A DNA stretch of 56,080 nucleotides, the filler included, from Dirinaria sp. TL-2023a (taxonomy: Eukaryota), in the NCBI GenBank assembly GCA_051941275.1. It is 2 parts of 2 records of this genome, joined end to end, with 100 filler letters (N's around TTAATTAATTAA, not from the genome) between each part and the next. Parts side by side here need not be neighbours in the genome. Positions count along the whole stretch, not along the records: positions 1 to 28,005 come from JAVEBF010000131.1; 1 more part is not named here. One strand, given 5' to 3'. Shown piece by piece: positions 1-12,266 of this stretch (position 1 is the first letter of the stretch; every line of letters starts with the position of its first letter). The position numbers and the translations under genes were made by a program. The notes under the pieces were generated by a model. It did not search any database. It was not told the DNA's origin and saw nothing but the letters and a program-made list of their open reading frames with translations.

Positions 1-153
1 GGAAAGGGGGAAATACGGTATTACTTACTCATATACTGGGGTTTCATGGATTGAACGGGGGTTTTAGTTGAAATTCTTCAAAATTGCCCACTTTGGGATT
101 CTTTCTTTTCTGTACTCACATATTCCCCCAAAAATCAGTGCCAGCGCGCCTTT

Positions 154-2400
154 TTACAGCCTCGCCTGCCCAGTCGTCTCGTAGGTCCCATTGTGCCACA
201 CAGGCACCTTCATCTCCAACGCCGACCCACTGTATCCCAAGTCCTCCGCGACAAGCATGCTCGCCTTCTCGCCGATCAACAGCGCAGTGCTATAGGTATT
301 GCACCCGACATTGTCCGGGCAAATGGACAGATCGGCGCACTTAAGACCTTTGACACCGTGGACGTTGAGACGGTCATCCAGGACACCGTGCTTGACGATG
401 GAGTTCCCTTCGCGCGGCGCCATGGAACAGGTGCCCAGGCTGTGCCAGGTGGTCTCGACATGGCGCTTGACCCACTCCTCGATAGCAGCGATGTCCGCAG
501 CTGTATACTGCAGGTCTTCACGAACGTTCTCCACCTGGCTGCTGCTGACGAAGTTGGGCTGCGGTGGGCGGCCGGGTTTGGTCTGGATCGACCAGCTGCC
601 GTGCTGGATGCCGGCCGAGTGATGGTTCGGCCCGGCGTACGCTTTGGTGTCTTTGAGATCGAGATCTTGAGCTGCCGCCGGCGACTCGTATGCGTAGAAC
701 GGGTGCATGCCGGTAACTTCGCCGGCGTAAGCATCCATACGGCGCGCCGTCTCGCGTGACTTGATGTAGCCCCAAACCATAGGGCCCATGTCCCGTTTAT
801 CGTTCATGAAACCGGCGTCGAAATCGGGCGCTTCGTAGGGGTCGGCAGACACAATGTGGGTAGACCCGCGCGAAAACGGGTATTCCAGGAAGTGGAACAT
901 GCTGAAGAAGTTACCTGGAGGCACGAGCATGTGATCTCCGAAAAATCTAATGCACGTTTAGCGAGAGACAGGTATCGATTTAAAATCACACCTACCCTGA
1001 GATAACGGAGTAGTGCATGACAGGCTTGTCGGGCTTCTTGGCGAAGTAGCTCTCCCAGCCGGCAACGAAGTCTTTCATGTAGTCCTGCTTGAGCTCATAC
1101 TCAGTTGGTCGCACCTTCACACCGGCTTCGATACCGTTGGTAGCCAACGGCCCGGTACCGTTGACGTTCCACTGCTCATATACCTTCCTCTGTGTTTCGG
1201 GATCTCCGCGGAGGAAGTCATCAAAACTTTCAGTGCCAGGCTTAGCACGGTAGGTGGCAAAGGTAAGGTAGTGGTCCTGGAAGTTGAGACCAACGCCTGG
1301 TAGATCAACTTTCGGCTCGACACCGACGTCCTTGAGTTTCTGTGGGTCACCAATACCAGACCTCTGAAGCACAAGTGGGGTACTGAGAGTGCCGCAAGAG
1401 ATGACAATCTGCTTGCGAGCTTTAATCTGGCGCCTGCGCTGCTCTTGAGGGTGCAATGGCTTCATCGGACAGACTTGCACCGCTGTAGCTCTGTCACCTT
1501 CAAGAATGACTTTGTCTACTTTGGTGTTGCACATAAGATATAGATTGCCATGATTCCTGAATTTCGTGTTAATGGCCATGCTGGGGTAATACTTCATCGA
1601 TGCTCACCTCATGGTTGAGTGGATGTAGGCATGGGCCGAGTCGCTCCGCCGACCAGTGTCCCTGTTAATCCACTTAAGCCAGTGCTCAGCCCCATGGCCA
1701 GTAACCAAGTCTTGAAGGTCATCCGTTACGGGGATATCCTGGGACTCAGCAGCTCGCAGGAAGTCTTGGGCGATTGGATAGGTGTAGTTGCCGAAGGAGA
1801 CCTTGATGGGGCCTTCGAACCCGTGTATGTCGCGATTGTTGCAAGCTCGCTGATAAGTCTCATGTTTCTTCATCAGAGGAATGAGTTCTTGAGTGGTCCA
1901 GCCCTTTGCTTGGAAGTCGTCGTAGTCAGAGGCAGAAGCACGGGTGTACATCATCTATAGACATCAGTCACATGCGCAAACAAGAATTTTAGCTTGAGAT
2001 CGTACAAAGTTGATGCTCGAGCCGCCACCAAGCACATTGGCACATGGTACAATAGCTTTTCGACCGGCCAGCCATTTGGACGGCTTTGAGTGATAGAAAG
2101 AAGCGGTTTTTGAGTCCAGCTTCATATTCCGTGGATATATCCCGGGTCTAGGCAGCATTCAATTACCGCCTTCCAAAAATTGTGGTGGAATTTACCGGAA
2201 GACCCATGGGTTATTCAGATTGTTCTCCCCGCCCTCAATCAGAAGGACGGTAAGATTCCGGTCCAAGTTAGCCAGACGTCCTGCTACAACGCATCCTGCT
2301 GAGCCGCCTGAACGTTGTTGTGAGTGACGAGGCCAGATGATAGTCGAAAGGAAGCTTTACCTCCACACACTATAATATCAACTTCCTCTGGAATTGTCAT
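154..2400 (-). CDS. AOX: Peroxisomal alcohol (methanol) oxidase, GMC oxidoreductase (AA3_3), 6 exons
   Basis: Spliced N-terminus MTIPEEVDIIVCGGGSAGCVVAGRLA (FAD-binding motif), LGGGSSINFMMYTR, catalytic region TTWHSLGTCSM and DNVGCNTYSTAL, C-terminal ARL (PTS1). Five GT-AG introns join the ORFs 1964-2158, 1604-1954, 992-1597 and 154-930. Confidence 0.96.
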
Positions 2401-5283
2401 GGTGACTTTGTGTCAGTCTTTTGGTCAATGATGAAATTTCCGTCGTATAGATATTTGAGCAGCTGGTATCGAAGCAGCCGATTTCCATGAATATATCCCC
2501 AGGACGAATCCCACATTCGGCGATAGGGAGACCTGCAGATCACCTCCTCAATTGAAATGGATAGCGTAGGCCTTTGAAACAGTTCCACCAGGGGTGGTTA
2601 GCTTTCGATAGCCAGCAATTGTGCTTGCCGTCAAGAGTCATGAAGTTGCATTATCTAGCGTCAGCTTTGCCATTCAAAGCAGGGATTCCATTCTTGAACA
2701 ACACCTCAGATCTTTTTTGACCGGGATGCATGTCCCAGTCGAGCTTGAAGTAGGTGGAGGAGATAAACCCGACATGTCTGCTACTAATGTGCAAAAGCCG
2801 GCGCGGTACGTAGACATGGCAGTGTTTTCCTGCGATTGGCAGGATCCGGTGCGCCGGATCCATTTAAGCATTGAAACGTGAGGTGTCAAAGCACTGCTCC
2901 CTGGTCGAAGCCATCCTGGACGAAAATAGGCCAACGCATGCGAAGCATATTATCATGCAAGGTTTGGCCAGGCATCTGGCAAGGTCCCCACCCCGCAAGC
3001 GTCCAATGCGCCGTTAGCTCCTACAGGCGACGAAGCTCTTAGTAGTTTGGGTAAGCCATCGAACGAGGGAATCACCTTGAGATCTGCTCATGCCTCAATA
3101 GATCGACCAGTAGAAGGACCTGAATATCGAACCTCTGCCTTGACTCACTGAGCTCGACATGAATACTTATGCGTTGTTAACTAAGATTCATGTAGGCCTG
3201 TATGATGCATCTGTAAAGAGCTTCCCACGTCTCCATGGACACGTGAAGAGCAGGAGGTCTAGTTGGAAAAGCGAAATGTTCCGGCGGGAGCTACCCCACC
3301 TCAACCGTTTCCCCACACCTCGCTCTCCGCAGCGGGTATGCAGCTTAATTCTTCGTTCCGGTATCAGATCGACGATGAAACGAAGCTGGACGATACCTAG
3401 TAGGTATGCATAGCCATCTTTTTACCCCACCTAGAATCACGCACCAGGCTTCATATCCGGCATGGAAACTCGGAGGTTTTCACGAAGAAAGAAGAACGGG
3501 CCAATTGAGGACTCGTTGAATAGTCACTATCTGCAATTGTTGGCAATGAATTGTGCGCACATCCAGGTCACTCTGTCGCGTCAACGGCGCTGTGCCAAAC
3601 TGCAATAGGTTTCCATTGAGAGTTCTCAGTTTGGCCAGCATCAGCATGAGGATCAGCAGTTGATTCCACGAATGTCGAGGGAGCTGACCACTCAGCACGA
3701 ACTGCTCCTCATCAATGTACAGAAAAATGAGAGAGTGGGTATGTTGATCACCTACCAAGAGTATTATTTTCGGGTCGCTAAGACGCGTGTTCTGGCCCGC
3801 GGACCCGACGGTCCTCGAATAACCTCAATTCAGCTAGCGTCGAACAGCTTAGATTGGACATCATGCAATATGGGTAGAACGCCTTCTAAGCTTCAACGCA
3901 TAATTCTCGGTGCTGCAAGACCGGTGCGGTTTTTTCCACTCTCACCACCCAGCAGTACGTAGTACTGTGGCTGGCAGTCACCCTGCTTTCATTCTTTCAT
4001 TGATAAAGTCGGCGATAGAGCGCGACTAGACCAGAAGGTGGTCGTAATTCAGAGCCACACTAACCTAATTAAGGCTTTCTTTGAAAGCTGTCGCGCTTTC
4101 TCATGGATAGAGAACAAAATTCGGACGAAGACCTTCAACAAAGGCGGTCAACGCAAGCTCCTCTGTTTGCTCGATACCGCTGATCTTAAGAATTTCTTTA
4201 GAGGTTAGGCCAAATAATAAAATAACACATTGTTCGCACTGTAACCTCGCCGGCTCTCTGATAGCTGAAAAGGAGCGTGCAATGACCTGTAGAAAATAGA
4301 ATTTTGCTTTTTTTTATATTGATATTGAGTACGAGAGTATTACTGCCCGCAAGAGCGCAAGAAGCGCTACTACCAGACAGTCGTTATTCTTGACAAAGGA
4401 CATATCTGGGGAAGCAGAAAGGATTGACAGCTCGAGGAATCGCATTAGGAAGAAAGTGACCGTGGGCAAGAGTAGTACTGTTGGAAGTCACCCGCCCAAA
4501 ATTCTCTTGTTGCGGATAGTTCTCAAAGTTTCAGAATCAATCTTTGCAGCAACTTGCTTTGTTCGAAAGCCCGGGCGTTCAGTATTTATCGCGTTCGAGC
4601 CTTCTTTCTTCCTCTATTTATTTTTCATCCATCCTTGCGCATATATTTCTTAAATTGAATACACACCATTGAATTCACAATGATACTATATAGAATCAGT
4701 AAGACCTTCAGAAACATCAAGTGCTTAACAAAGTGGCCTTCTCTACCACACAGGCGTAAAGCAAGCCATGTCAATCGCAGAGACCTTTGCAGCCCGCACA
4801 CAGTTCAAGAGAAAGAGGAAAACCAAAAGTCTATCCCTGTCCCTCCTGGAAGGGGTGTCTTCACCTGGCTTCAAAATCCGACCACTGAACGATTTGACTC
4901 CGAAGCATCGGTGTATTACATCACCGCATGGACCCTCTGTGGAGATTTGACAATAATGCACAATGCTCCGATACCAGAAACGGGAAGATGTCATGTCCAT
5001 CGACTCAACGAAGCTGCATCCGTGCCCGCTAATTGTGGACCTATGGTATTTTTCCATTTTCTACTTGGAACGATGACTTGACGATCGAGCGTAGAGATTG
5101 GAAGGGAGAGCACGAGGGCTTCAGGTGTAGCCTTTTGAATGACAACCTTGGCCGCGGTGTAAGTAATCATACTTGATGAAGGAGCGGGTTTCGGTGGACA
5201 AGGCCCTCCTTCGATCTACTTTTAGTAACTCCGTGTCTGATGTCCGGGTCTATCTCATGCCGTGTCGTAACGAAGGCGTGTCT

Positions 5284-6885
5284 TCATAGATAATGATTAA
5301 GTGCTCCTGATAAATTTAGACTCATTTTTGGTGACTGCTGGTGATCAAGAAGCTGACGATTTCTCATCTTCTCTTCGGCATCCAGCACAGAATTTTGCGG
5401 GTGGTCAACAAGCTGACGATTTTTCATCTTTCCTTCGGTATTCGGCATGGAAATGTTCTCAATGACTCGCTGCTTTGGCTCTGGTCGGTGCCAGTTGGGC
5501 TGGTGGCGAAAGCTGGAGTGCCGAGTTGACCAGGAATGCTCTTCCAATTGGCTCTCGAATGCGAATCGCATCCCACAATTCTTGTCAAGACAGCGGAATA
5601 GTTTTGGCATTTCCACATTTCGCGGCGGTTCAGGCTTTGCAATTGTGCTTGATTCACCCGTCCACATTGGGTCGTGTTCTTCTGTCAGGTCTATGTCTTC
5701 GCTAGCCTCCTGGGAGAACTCTGCAGAAAAGCTAGTTTCAGTCATACCGCCCATCAGAGATCTCATGCCATGCTCAATATTCTCTTCATGCTCAAGATAA
5801 TCCGTGACTTTTCCCGGACGAGTTAAGAAATGGTCGGGAAACGTCGCTCCCAGAGTCGGTGCCGAGCTCAGCAAGCTTATCGAATTCTCTGGTCCTAGAA
5901 GAGCTTTGACGGACTGACTTGGGGGCGAGGAAACGCTTTGGTTTTCGGGAGCCGTCTTGAAAGAAGCTGTTTCTAAAGAGGCGGCAACCTCTTCAAGCGA
6001 CTTCTTCATGGCTTGAATCAAGAGACTCTTGTTTTCAGAGATAACATGGGGAGTAATTCCTTCCTCGCGAAGCAGTCTGCCCAGCTCCATCCATGTTTGT
6101 CGGCCTTCAGGAGATGATGCGTCGAGACTCCCGGCGAGCACTGGATTTGACTGACGGCTCTGGGCTTTCAAGATCTCCTTCAATTGGCTTTCCATCCTAA
6201 TCTGAGACTCACGGAGAGCAGACGCCGTGGACAGATTTTGCTCTTGGGAAATCTCAAAATAAGTTCTAGATTCTTTGATTTCACTCCTTAATTCCGTCTG
6301 GGATGTCTCGACGCGAAGTTGCGACTGTAAGGCCTTGTCTTGCTTGCATCTAACATAAGATTAGCTAGACTCGTTCTTAATCTGTAGGGCATCATCGCTT
6401 CAAAACTCGTACTTAAGTATCAGCACATTTTCTGCGGTGACTTTACTCACGATGCCAGCTACAGCTTCTCGAAATTGAGGTATTTTTCTGAGAAATTTCG
6501 CCTGACAAAATCTATGCCTTAAACTGGCAAAGGGATAGGATTTAGTCAATATCAGTGTTTGGGACCACACCAGCTTCAATTCCTCGCTCACATCATCCGA
6601 CTCTGAAGATGGGAATTTTTCTATGCCTCCGATGTCTGCTAGCAGAAGCTCAAGACATCGAGCTCCATGCTCACCCAGCCCATGGCGCTCGTCGGGCGGT
6701 TTGGCTGTAGACTCCGTGCCGACGGCTTCAATGTCATCCCGTAGCCTCTTGAGCACGCTGTTGAGGTGTAGGATTTCTTCAGCCAAGATTTCGCATTCTT
6801 TGGGGGCGTCCTTCAAAGCGCGGTATATCGAATAGGAAGCTCTGATGCAGATCGCCAAATCGCCTATGCCAAAGCCAAAACTCAT
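5284..6885 (-). CDS. Fungal HeLo-like/SesA-type N-terminal domain protein with C2H2-like zinc finger and C-terminal 20-aa repeat, 2 exons
   Basis: Starts MSFGFGIGDLAICIRASYSIYRALKDAPKECEILAEEILHLNSVLKRL, typical of the fungal N-terminal domain of STAND proteins. Intron 6412-6350 (GTACGA..CTAAT..TAG) joins in frame to ORF 5284-6195, which contains W-x-E-L-G-R-x-L-x-x-E-G-I and CLDKNC..F..ESQLEEHSWSTRH. Confidence 0.75.
5336..5455. repeat. Two-copy 60-bp tandem repeat encoding a 20-aa duplication
   Basis: Lines 5341 and 5401 align with 60-nt period (gtgatcaagaagctgacgatttctcatctt / gtggtcaacaagctgacgatttttcatctt). Peptides are ISMPNTEGKMKNRQLVDHPQ and NSVLDAEEKMRNRQLLDHQQ. Confidence 0.85.
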
Positions 6886-7760
6886 CGTCGCATAAAGTAT
6901 CTGTGAAGGCCAGGTTTTTCTCGCCAAAATCCAAGAAGACTCGATCATAGATGAAATATGAAGGGAAAGACGACATTGTGGAGGTAGACATTCGCCGCGA
7001 CACAGCCTCCTTGCGATAAGCCTTGCGATGCTGATCCTTGGCTATCGACGTACCCAGGCTTCTATTCCACCACGTGACTTGAGTACTATCATAATCTCAA
7101 GAGCGGATTTTCAAGATCATCTTATGCGCAGATACTGCTTTGAAGGCAAGTTTTGAGTGAAATAGCAAGTCCTACACCGAATAGACCGAACCTTCAGATG
7201 CGATGGCCTTACGGATGTTGACGCCAAAAGTCCTAGCTACCTTACCTAGCGTCATGTACGAGTATGCCAAGACTGTGTCGCCTCCCTAACGTGAGTACGG
7301 AGGTCCATAAGTCCTGGCATGCCACTGAACAGCGGCTAATGGGGTCAACTGAAGGTCACCTGAAAGACTACCTAACATACCAACTGAACCCCCCGACCTG
7401 CTACCCTAGGTGCAACTGTGCACTCCAAAGCCCACATGTAATTACCTAGACAACTCGTCTTGGCGTACACAACGCTAGCCAGGATTCATGGCTTCCATCA
7501 GTCCTCCGTAAAATGAGGTCAGAAGCACGGGACCCCTGATACCTCGAATTCCTTCAGGGAGACATTCCCTCCTTTTTTCTCTTTCGATAAGAAGTTTAAA
7601 TAGTAAGACTACACGGCCCGAGATAACGCTGCGAAATCCAATCTAAAATCTTGTAGTTCACATGCACGATATTCGAATCAACAGCATCTACCTCCTCTCC
7701 CTCCGATGCTACCTGTTCGAGTGCCTTCCACACTCTCCCATAGATTGCTTCAAAAAATTT

Positions 7761-10062
7761 TTATTTGCCGTTTTCAATCGTCCTCGCTTCCTTGTCCTCG
7801 CTCTCACTTTCCCTTACTTCGCCTACCAATTCGACTTGCGGGCCTTTGTAGTTTTTGCTGCCGTCAAAGAACCATTGGACCGTGCTGATGACGAGGACGA
7901 TGAAGAAGGCAACAACACAGTAATCTATTTCATGGTTAGGACTCATGCCAGGGCGCTGAGGACGAGAGCGTTAAGAAAAATGTTGTCATGCTTTACCCAT
8001 GATGCGGAGAGGCATGGAGTATCTGGAAATATCATGCCATGGGAGCGTAAAATTCCATGGGAAATGAAGGGTATCGACTCGAACTTACTCATGTTGCTGC
8101 CTGTAGCTGGCACCTCAGGCGGGAATAGGAACAGCACGGTAGTGACAATAACGTAGGCGATTCCTAGAAGATTGCAAACCCATCCAAAGGGCCCAGGCAG
8201 CACAAAGGCCCTATCTGGCAGCATCCGTCGTCCCCGAAGGCAATTGATCGCTGGAGGAATGGCGTAGCTCACTCCCAAGGCCACCACGCTTGCACTGATA
8301 ATCGCATTAAAGGCACTGCTGCTCCCTAAGAATATGCAACCGAAAATCACCACACATGCTGTGGTGAGGTAGAGTGCGTTGAGGGGCAATTCGAGTTTGG
8401 GGTGGACTTTGGCAAAGAACGGGGAAGCGGGCAAGCCGCCATCGCGCGCGAAGGCGTAGGTCATGCGGGAGGAAGTCGTCATGATACTGGTCGTGGCGAA
8501 AAGAAGGCAGACAAGAGGGAATCTGAGTAATGTTAATACTGCTTTCCGGAGGTCTAAGACGCCGGGTCAAAGTGGTTGATGTGTTGGTTAAGGGCGTACA
8601 TTAGCAGGCAGATACTTCCAGCGTTACTCCCTGTGGCGTTCACAAAGATCTGCAAGAGTGGTCCAGCAGCAGCTTCAATTACATCATCTGGATTTCCAGC
8701 CACGAAGAGCAGTACGGTCAAGAAGATGAAGCCCGTAAAGACGCCGATCCCGACGCAGGCAATCATGATCTTCGGACCTTCAACCGAAGGGTTGGGGATC
8801 TCCTCAATCCTAATACTGCAGTCAGCTTTCGATGCTCCGAGTACACGAATTTAAATCGTACATATGGGCCACAGCATCGAAACCAGTGAGGCCTAGGCCA
8901 GCCTGGAGCAATCCAAGCAGCCACGCAATGCCATCTGGCCAGCCTGTCTGATTGATAAAATCGCGGTAAACGAAGTCGCCAGAAGAGAAATTTGGCGATG
9001 CGCAGGCGAGAACGGTGATAGAGATGATGACGAAGCCGGCGATTGACCAGGTAAAAGCACCCCGCGTGACCCAAGGAAGGAGATGATTGGCGAACGCATT
9101 GATACAGAAAGCCACAATATTATACCCAATGTAGATGAGAAATTGATGCCAGCGTTTGGGATCATAATTCTGGAGTGATCAGCTACCGTATAATTAAGAA
9201 GAGCGACCAGCTTACGGGGTTGTACAAGGAAATGGCACCGAGGATAAGTTGGCTTCCTAATAGGCCACCTGATGCTACGAGTGCGACCTACAGGGTTTCA
9301 CTCAGATTTCCACAATCTAGAAACGGAGAGGTAGTTTACCCAGCCGGAAACGTTGATCCAGCCTGTGATCCAGGAAAGGATGGGAACCCATGGCTTCCAG
9401 CTTACTACAATGCATCAGAGGTCTGGGGTTGACAATCCGCTGGGGAGACTTGCTGACTGCGAAGCAATGTGAGCATCACAGCGTTTGGATTTGAAGGCAT
9501 GATTTAATTTAACTCACCTGCGACCCAGTGGTATTGCCCGCCAGCGCTGGATTTATCAGCCTTAAATGGCGACCGCTTCGAACATTACCTACGTAGGATA
9601 TGCGGAAAGGAATTCGGCCAACGAAGCTGCTAAACAGAGATTGCAGACGCCAGCCGTAATCAGGCCTGCAGTTCAATTTCAGCCTGAGACAAATATTCCG
9701 CTATTCTTATTTACAACATACCCCAGATGACGGCGGTCGGGCCACCGCTCGGCAGTGCAAGTGATAAGCTAGCTGATAGTGCTGTCCAAGACTGTTTCAC
9801 CAATGGGTCAGAGTTCGAGAAAAAGGAAAGAAGAAGTAGAAAGGGAAAAATCTCGCAGAGCAGAAGAATGGAGGAAGTACGTTGAGAATAGCAAACGCAA
9901 GACCAAGCATAGCACTGCGCGCATGATCGTTAGCAAATCCAAGTCATATACCGGGGATCCTGGTGATGGATACAGTGGCGAGAAGTTGCGATTCAATTCT
10001 TGTTTATGTCCATGTGCGGCCAATTGCGCAGCATCGTCGGTATGTTCTTCATGGTGCTTCAT
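7761..10062 (-). CDS. APC-superfamily amino acid/choline/GABA permease (Hnm1/Uga4-like), about 12 exons
   Basis: Spliced translation gives GHKQELNRNFSPLAMLGLAFAILNSWTALSASL, LAEFLSAYPTAGGQYHWVA, SWITGWINVSGW, GFDAVAHMIEEIP, SRMTYAFARDGGLP, plus many TM segments. Eleven introns inferred. Confidence 0.93.
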
Positions 10063-11165
10063 GGTGGCGGGGTTGCCACACGTATCACGTATGATAAAGC
10101 AGGAAATTCAAAAACGAAAGTAATTAGCCAACTGGTAATAGAAGAAGCTGCGCTAAATAGACCAATATGATTAAGAGAGACGGATTCAACACGTAAAGAG
10201 GATAATCAACACTTGGAGATGCGGAGATGAAGATTAGAGGAATGAGTCAGCTATACGAGAAACGGACTAAGGCATCAGGTGCCCGGCATTGTCGGCCGTC
10301 CTTCTGTGGGAGCCATGTAGTGAAAATAAAAAGCCACCGACTGATGTCCCAAGAGATACAATCAAAATCATCGCACCCCCACAGTTTCCATAATAAGACA
10401 TTCATGCCAATATCGCGTGCACTTTCTATGCTTCGCATGGGTATTTGCTTGGCCTGCTCCTTGGCTACATTAATGTTGAAACGGCATTCCGTCATTTGTG
10501 CAATGAATGAAGCTAGTACTCAAACAGCTAGACCATCGCTTATGCTTGATTGTGCTTGCTTATGCTTGCCCCCATATTGCACAATGACACTGTTCAGACC
10601 CAAGGGAATCATCGTCAGGATTGCTCTGGAGGTTTCAATCGATGCTCTGGGCACGCCGAAGTCCCAATAGGACGGAGAGAGGTTCCGCAAGGCCAGAAGC
10701 TGGGCTTTTGGTGTAGCGTTGCCCATCATCCAGCCTCTCAAACCACTCGTACATTGACAACCTCCTTCTGCCGGCCAACTCAATTCCAATTTTCACCTCA
10801 TCCATTCTCAGCTGCCAAAATCTCCACCATAATATCGCGTACCCTTCCTCCACACGACGGAAGACAAGCCTGCCATATTCGATCAGCATCGTTTGCACCT
10901 TCATGTTATGTAAGGCAGTCTGACACACTTTAACGATCCATCCACCTTCGAATAACCGCGACCCCGCTGTACTTGGTTCAGAAGCAGCCTTCAGCCACTC
11001 TGCTCGCGTCTGCATAGACTTCCTTTATATCTTGAATTCATCCCCCACGTGCGTGCTGCCCCTATCCAAAGACAACGTCCCAGGGCAGAGCCCCCTGCTG
11101 AAGTAGAGCACAACATCTCAACCCCAACCTCTAACCCATACCACCTATCCCCCACTTCCTTCCCC

Positions 11166-11417
11166 TCATTCACCCTCCCTCGAACCCCTCAAACGCTGCA
11201 ACTTGAGCCACAACCAAGCGCTCATCATAAGCAACACCGCATTCAGGGTCACCGACGCAAGGAGCATCCTCTGCAACCCGCGTCGTCGAGGGATAGGCAC
11301 ATTGTGTTGGTCCGGTGGTCCAGTACGGGGTTGTGTGTTTTCAGGCAGCTCCGAGAGCTCGGATTGGGAGGATTCGAAGAGTCGGAGAGGGTCGTAGCGG
11401 TAGCCGCGGTTTGACAT
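11166..11417 (-). CDS. Short ORF with one predicted TM helix; possible 5' exon of a degenerate gene
   Basis: MSNRGYRYDPL...RRRGLQRMLLASVTLNAVLLMMSAWLWLKL. A TACCTTA element lies about 240 nt upstream. No clean downstream exon could be spliced. Confidence 0.3.
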   Translation of the reverse strand: MSNRGYRYDPLRLFESSQSELSELPENTQPRTGPPDQHNVPIPRRRGLQRMLLASVTLNAVLLMMSAWLWLKLQRLRGSREGE

Positions 11418-12266
11418 TGGGGAGAGGGGAGGTGGGAGGGTGATCTAGGTTATGGTAAGCTCGGGATGGAGATTTGCAGGGCTTTTTGGCTTACGTGAGT
11501 GATGAGTCTGCGAGTTGGGGAGGCTTTTAGTTGAAGATGGGGTGAAGAAGAAGGATCGAAGTAAGCCCTGAGTCTGAAGTCTGAAGTCAGAAGTCACGAA
11601 CGGGAAAGATATGAGGATATCAACCCTGAATGAGCCCTGCATACACAATACTCTACCTTACCTTAATCCCAAGGTAATTTCATCCTCAGTAAAAAAAACT
11701 TTCTCCGCAGCATTTTTCTCTACCCCATCTTTTATCCTCGTAAAACGAATACTTTCGTTTACTATGAACACTCCGATATCGGCCGGAGGAAGCGGGTTTA
11801 CGAATCCTATGTGTTTTTAAACCTGAATAAGGTTCTAGGATTTATCACATATCCTTGGACAGAAAGTTCACGTATGTACTTTGAGCAAGTTGTGAGATAT
11901 GTCAGATCACCTTGATCAGAATGCACACTTTGCGTAGCTGGGGGAAGGATTTCTCTTGTGTTTTCGCATTTGTCTTCCCCCCCCTTCCCTTTTTCCTTTT
12001 TTTCCACGGTTCGCTATCTACATACAATAGTCATTCTCTTTTTTCTTCTGACTAATGCAACTTATGGAATTTTCCATTGTCAATAGTAGGTTCGATCATA
12101 CGCTAGATTCAGTATATCCAATTAAAATTTTTGAAATGAAACAAACTCCACCTCTCCCCTCTGTTCCACACTCTCGCACTTCAGGATCCTTAACCATCCG
12201 AAATCCTTAAAACCTCGCATGCTCATCGCTGCCTTTTCTGTTCAAGTTCACTCCGTAATTTCGTCT

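Noticed and set aside
193..759. 188-aa plus-strand ORF and other overlapping ORFs
   Set aside because: Shadow frames of the GC-rich last AOX exon.
11571..11598. 7-bp tandem repeat AGTCTGA x4 (degenerate)
   Set aside because: Short microsatellite-like slippage with no further structure.
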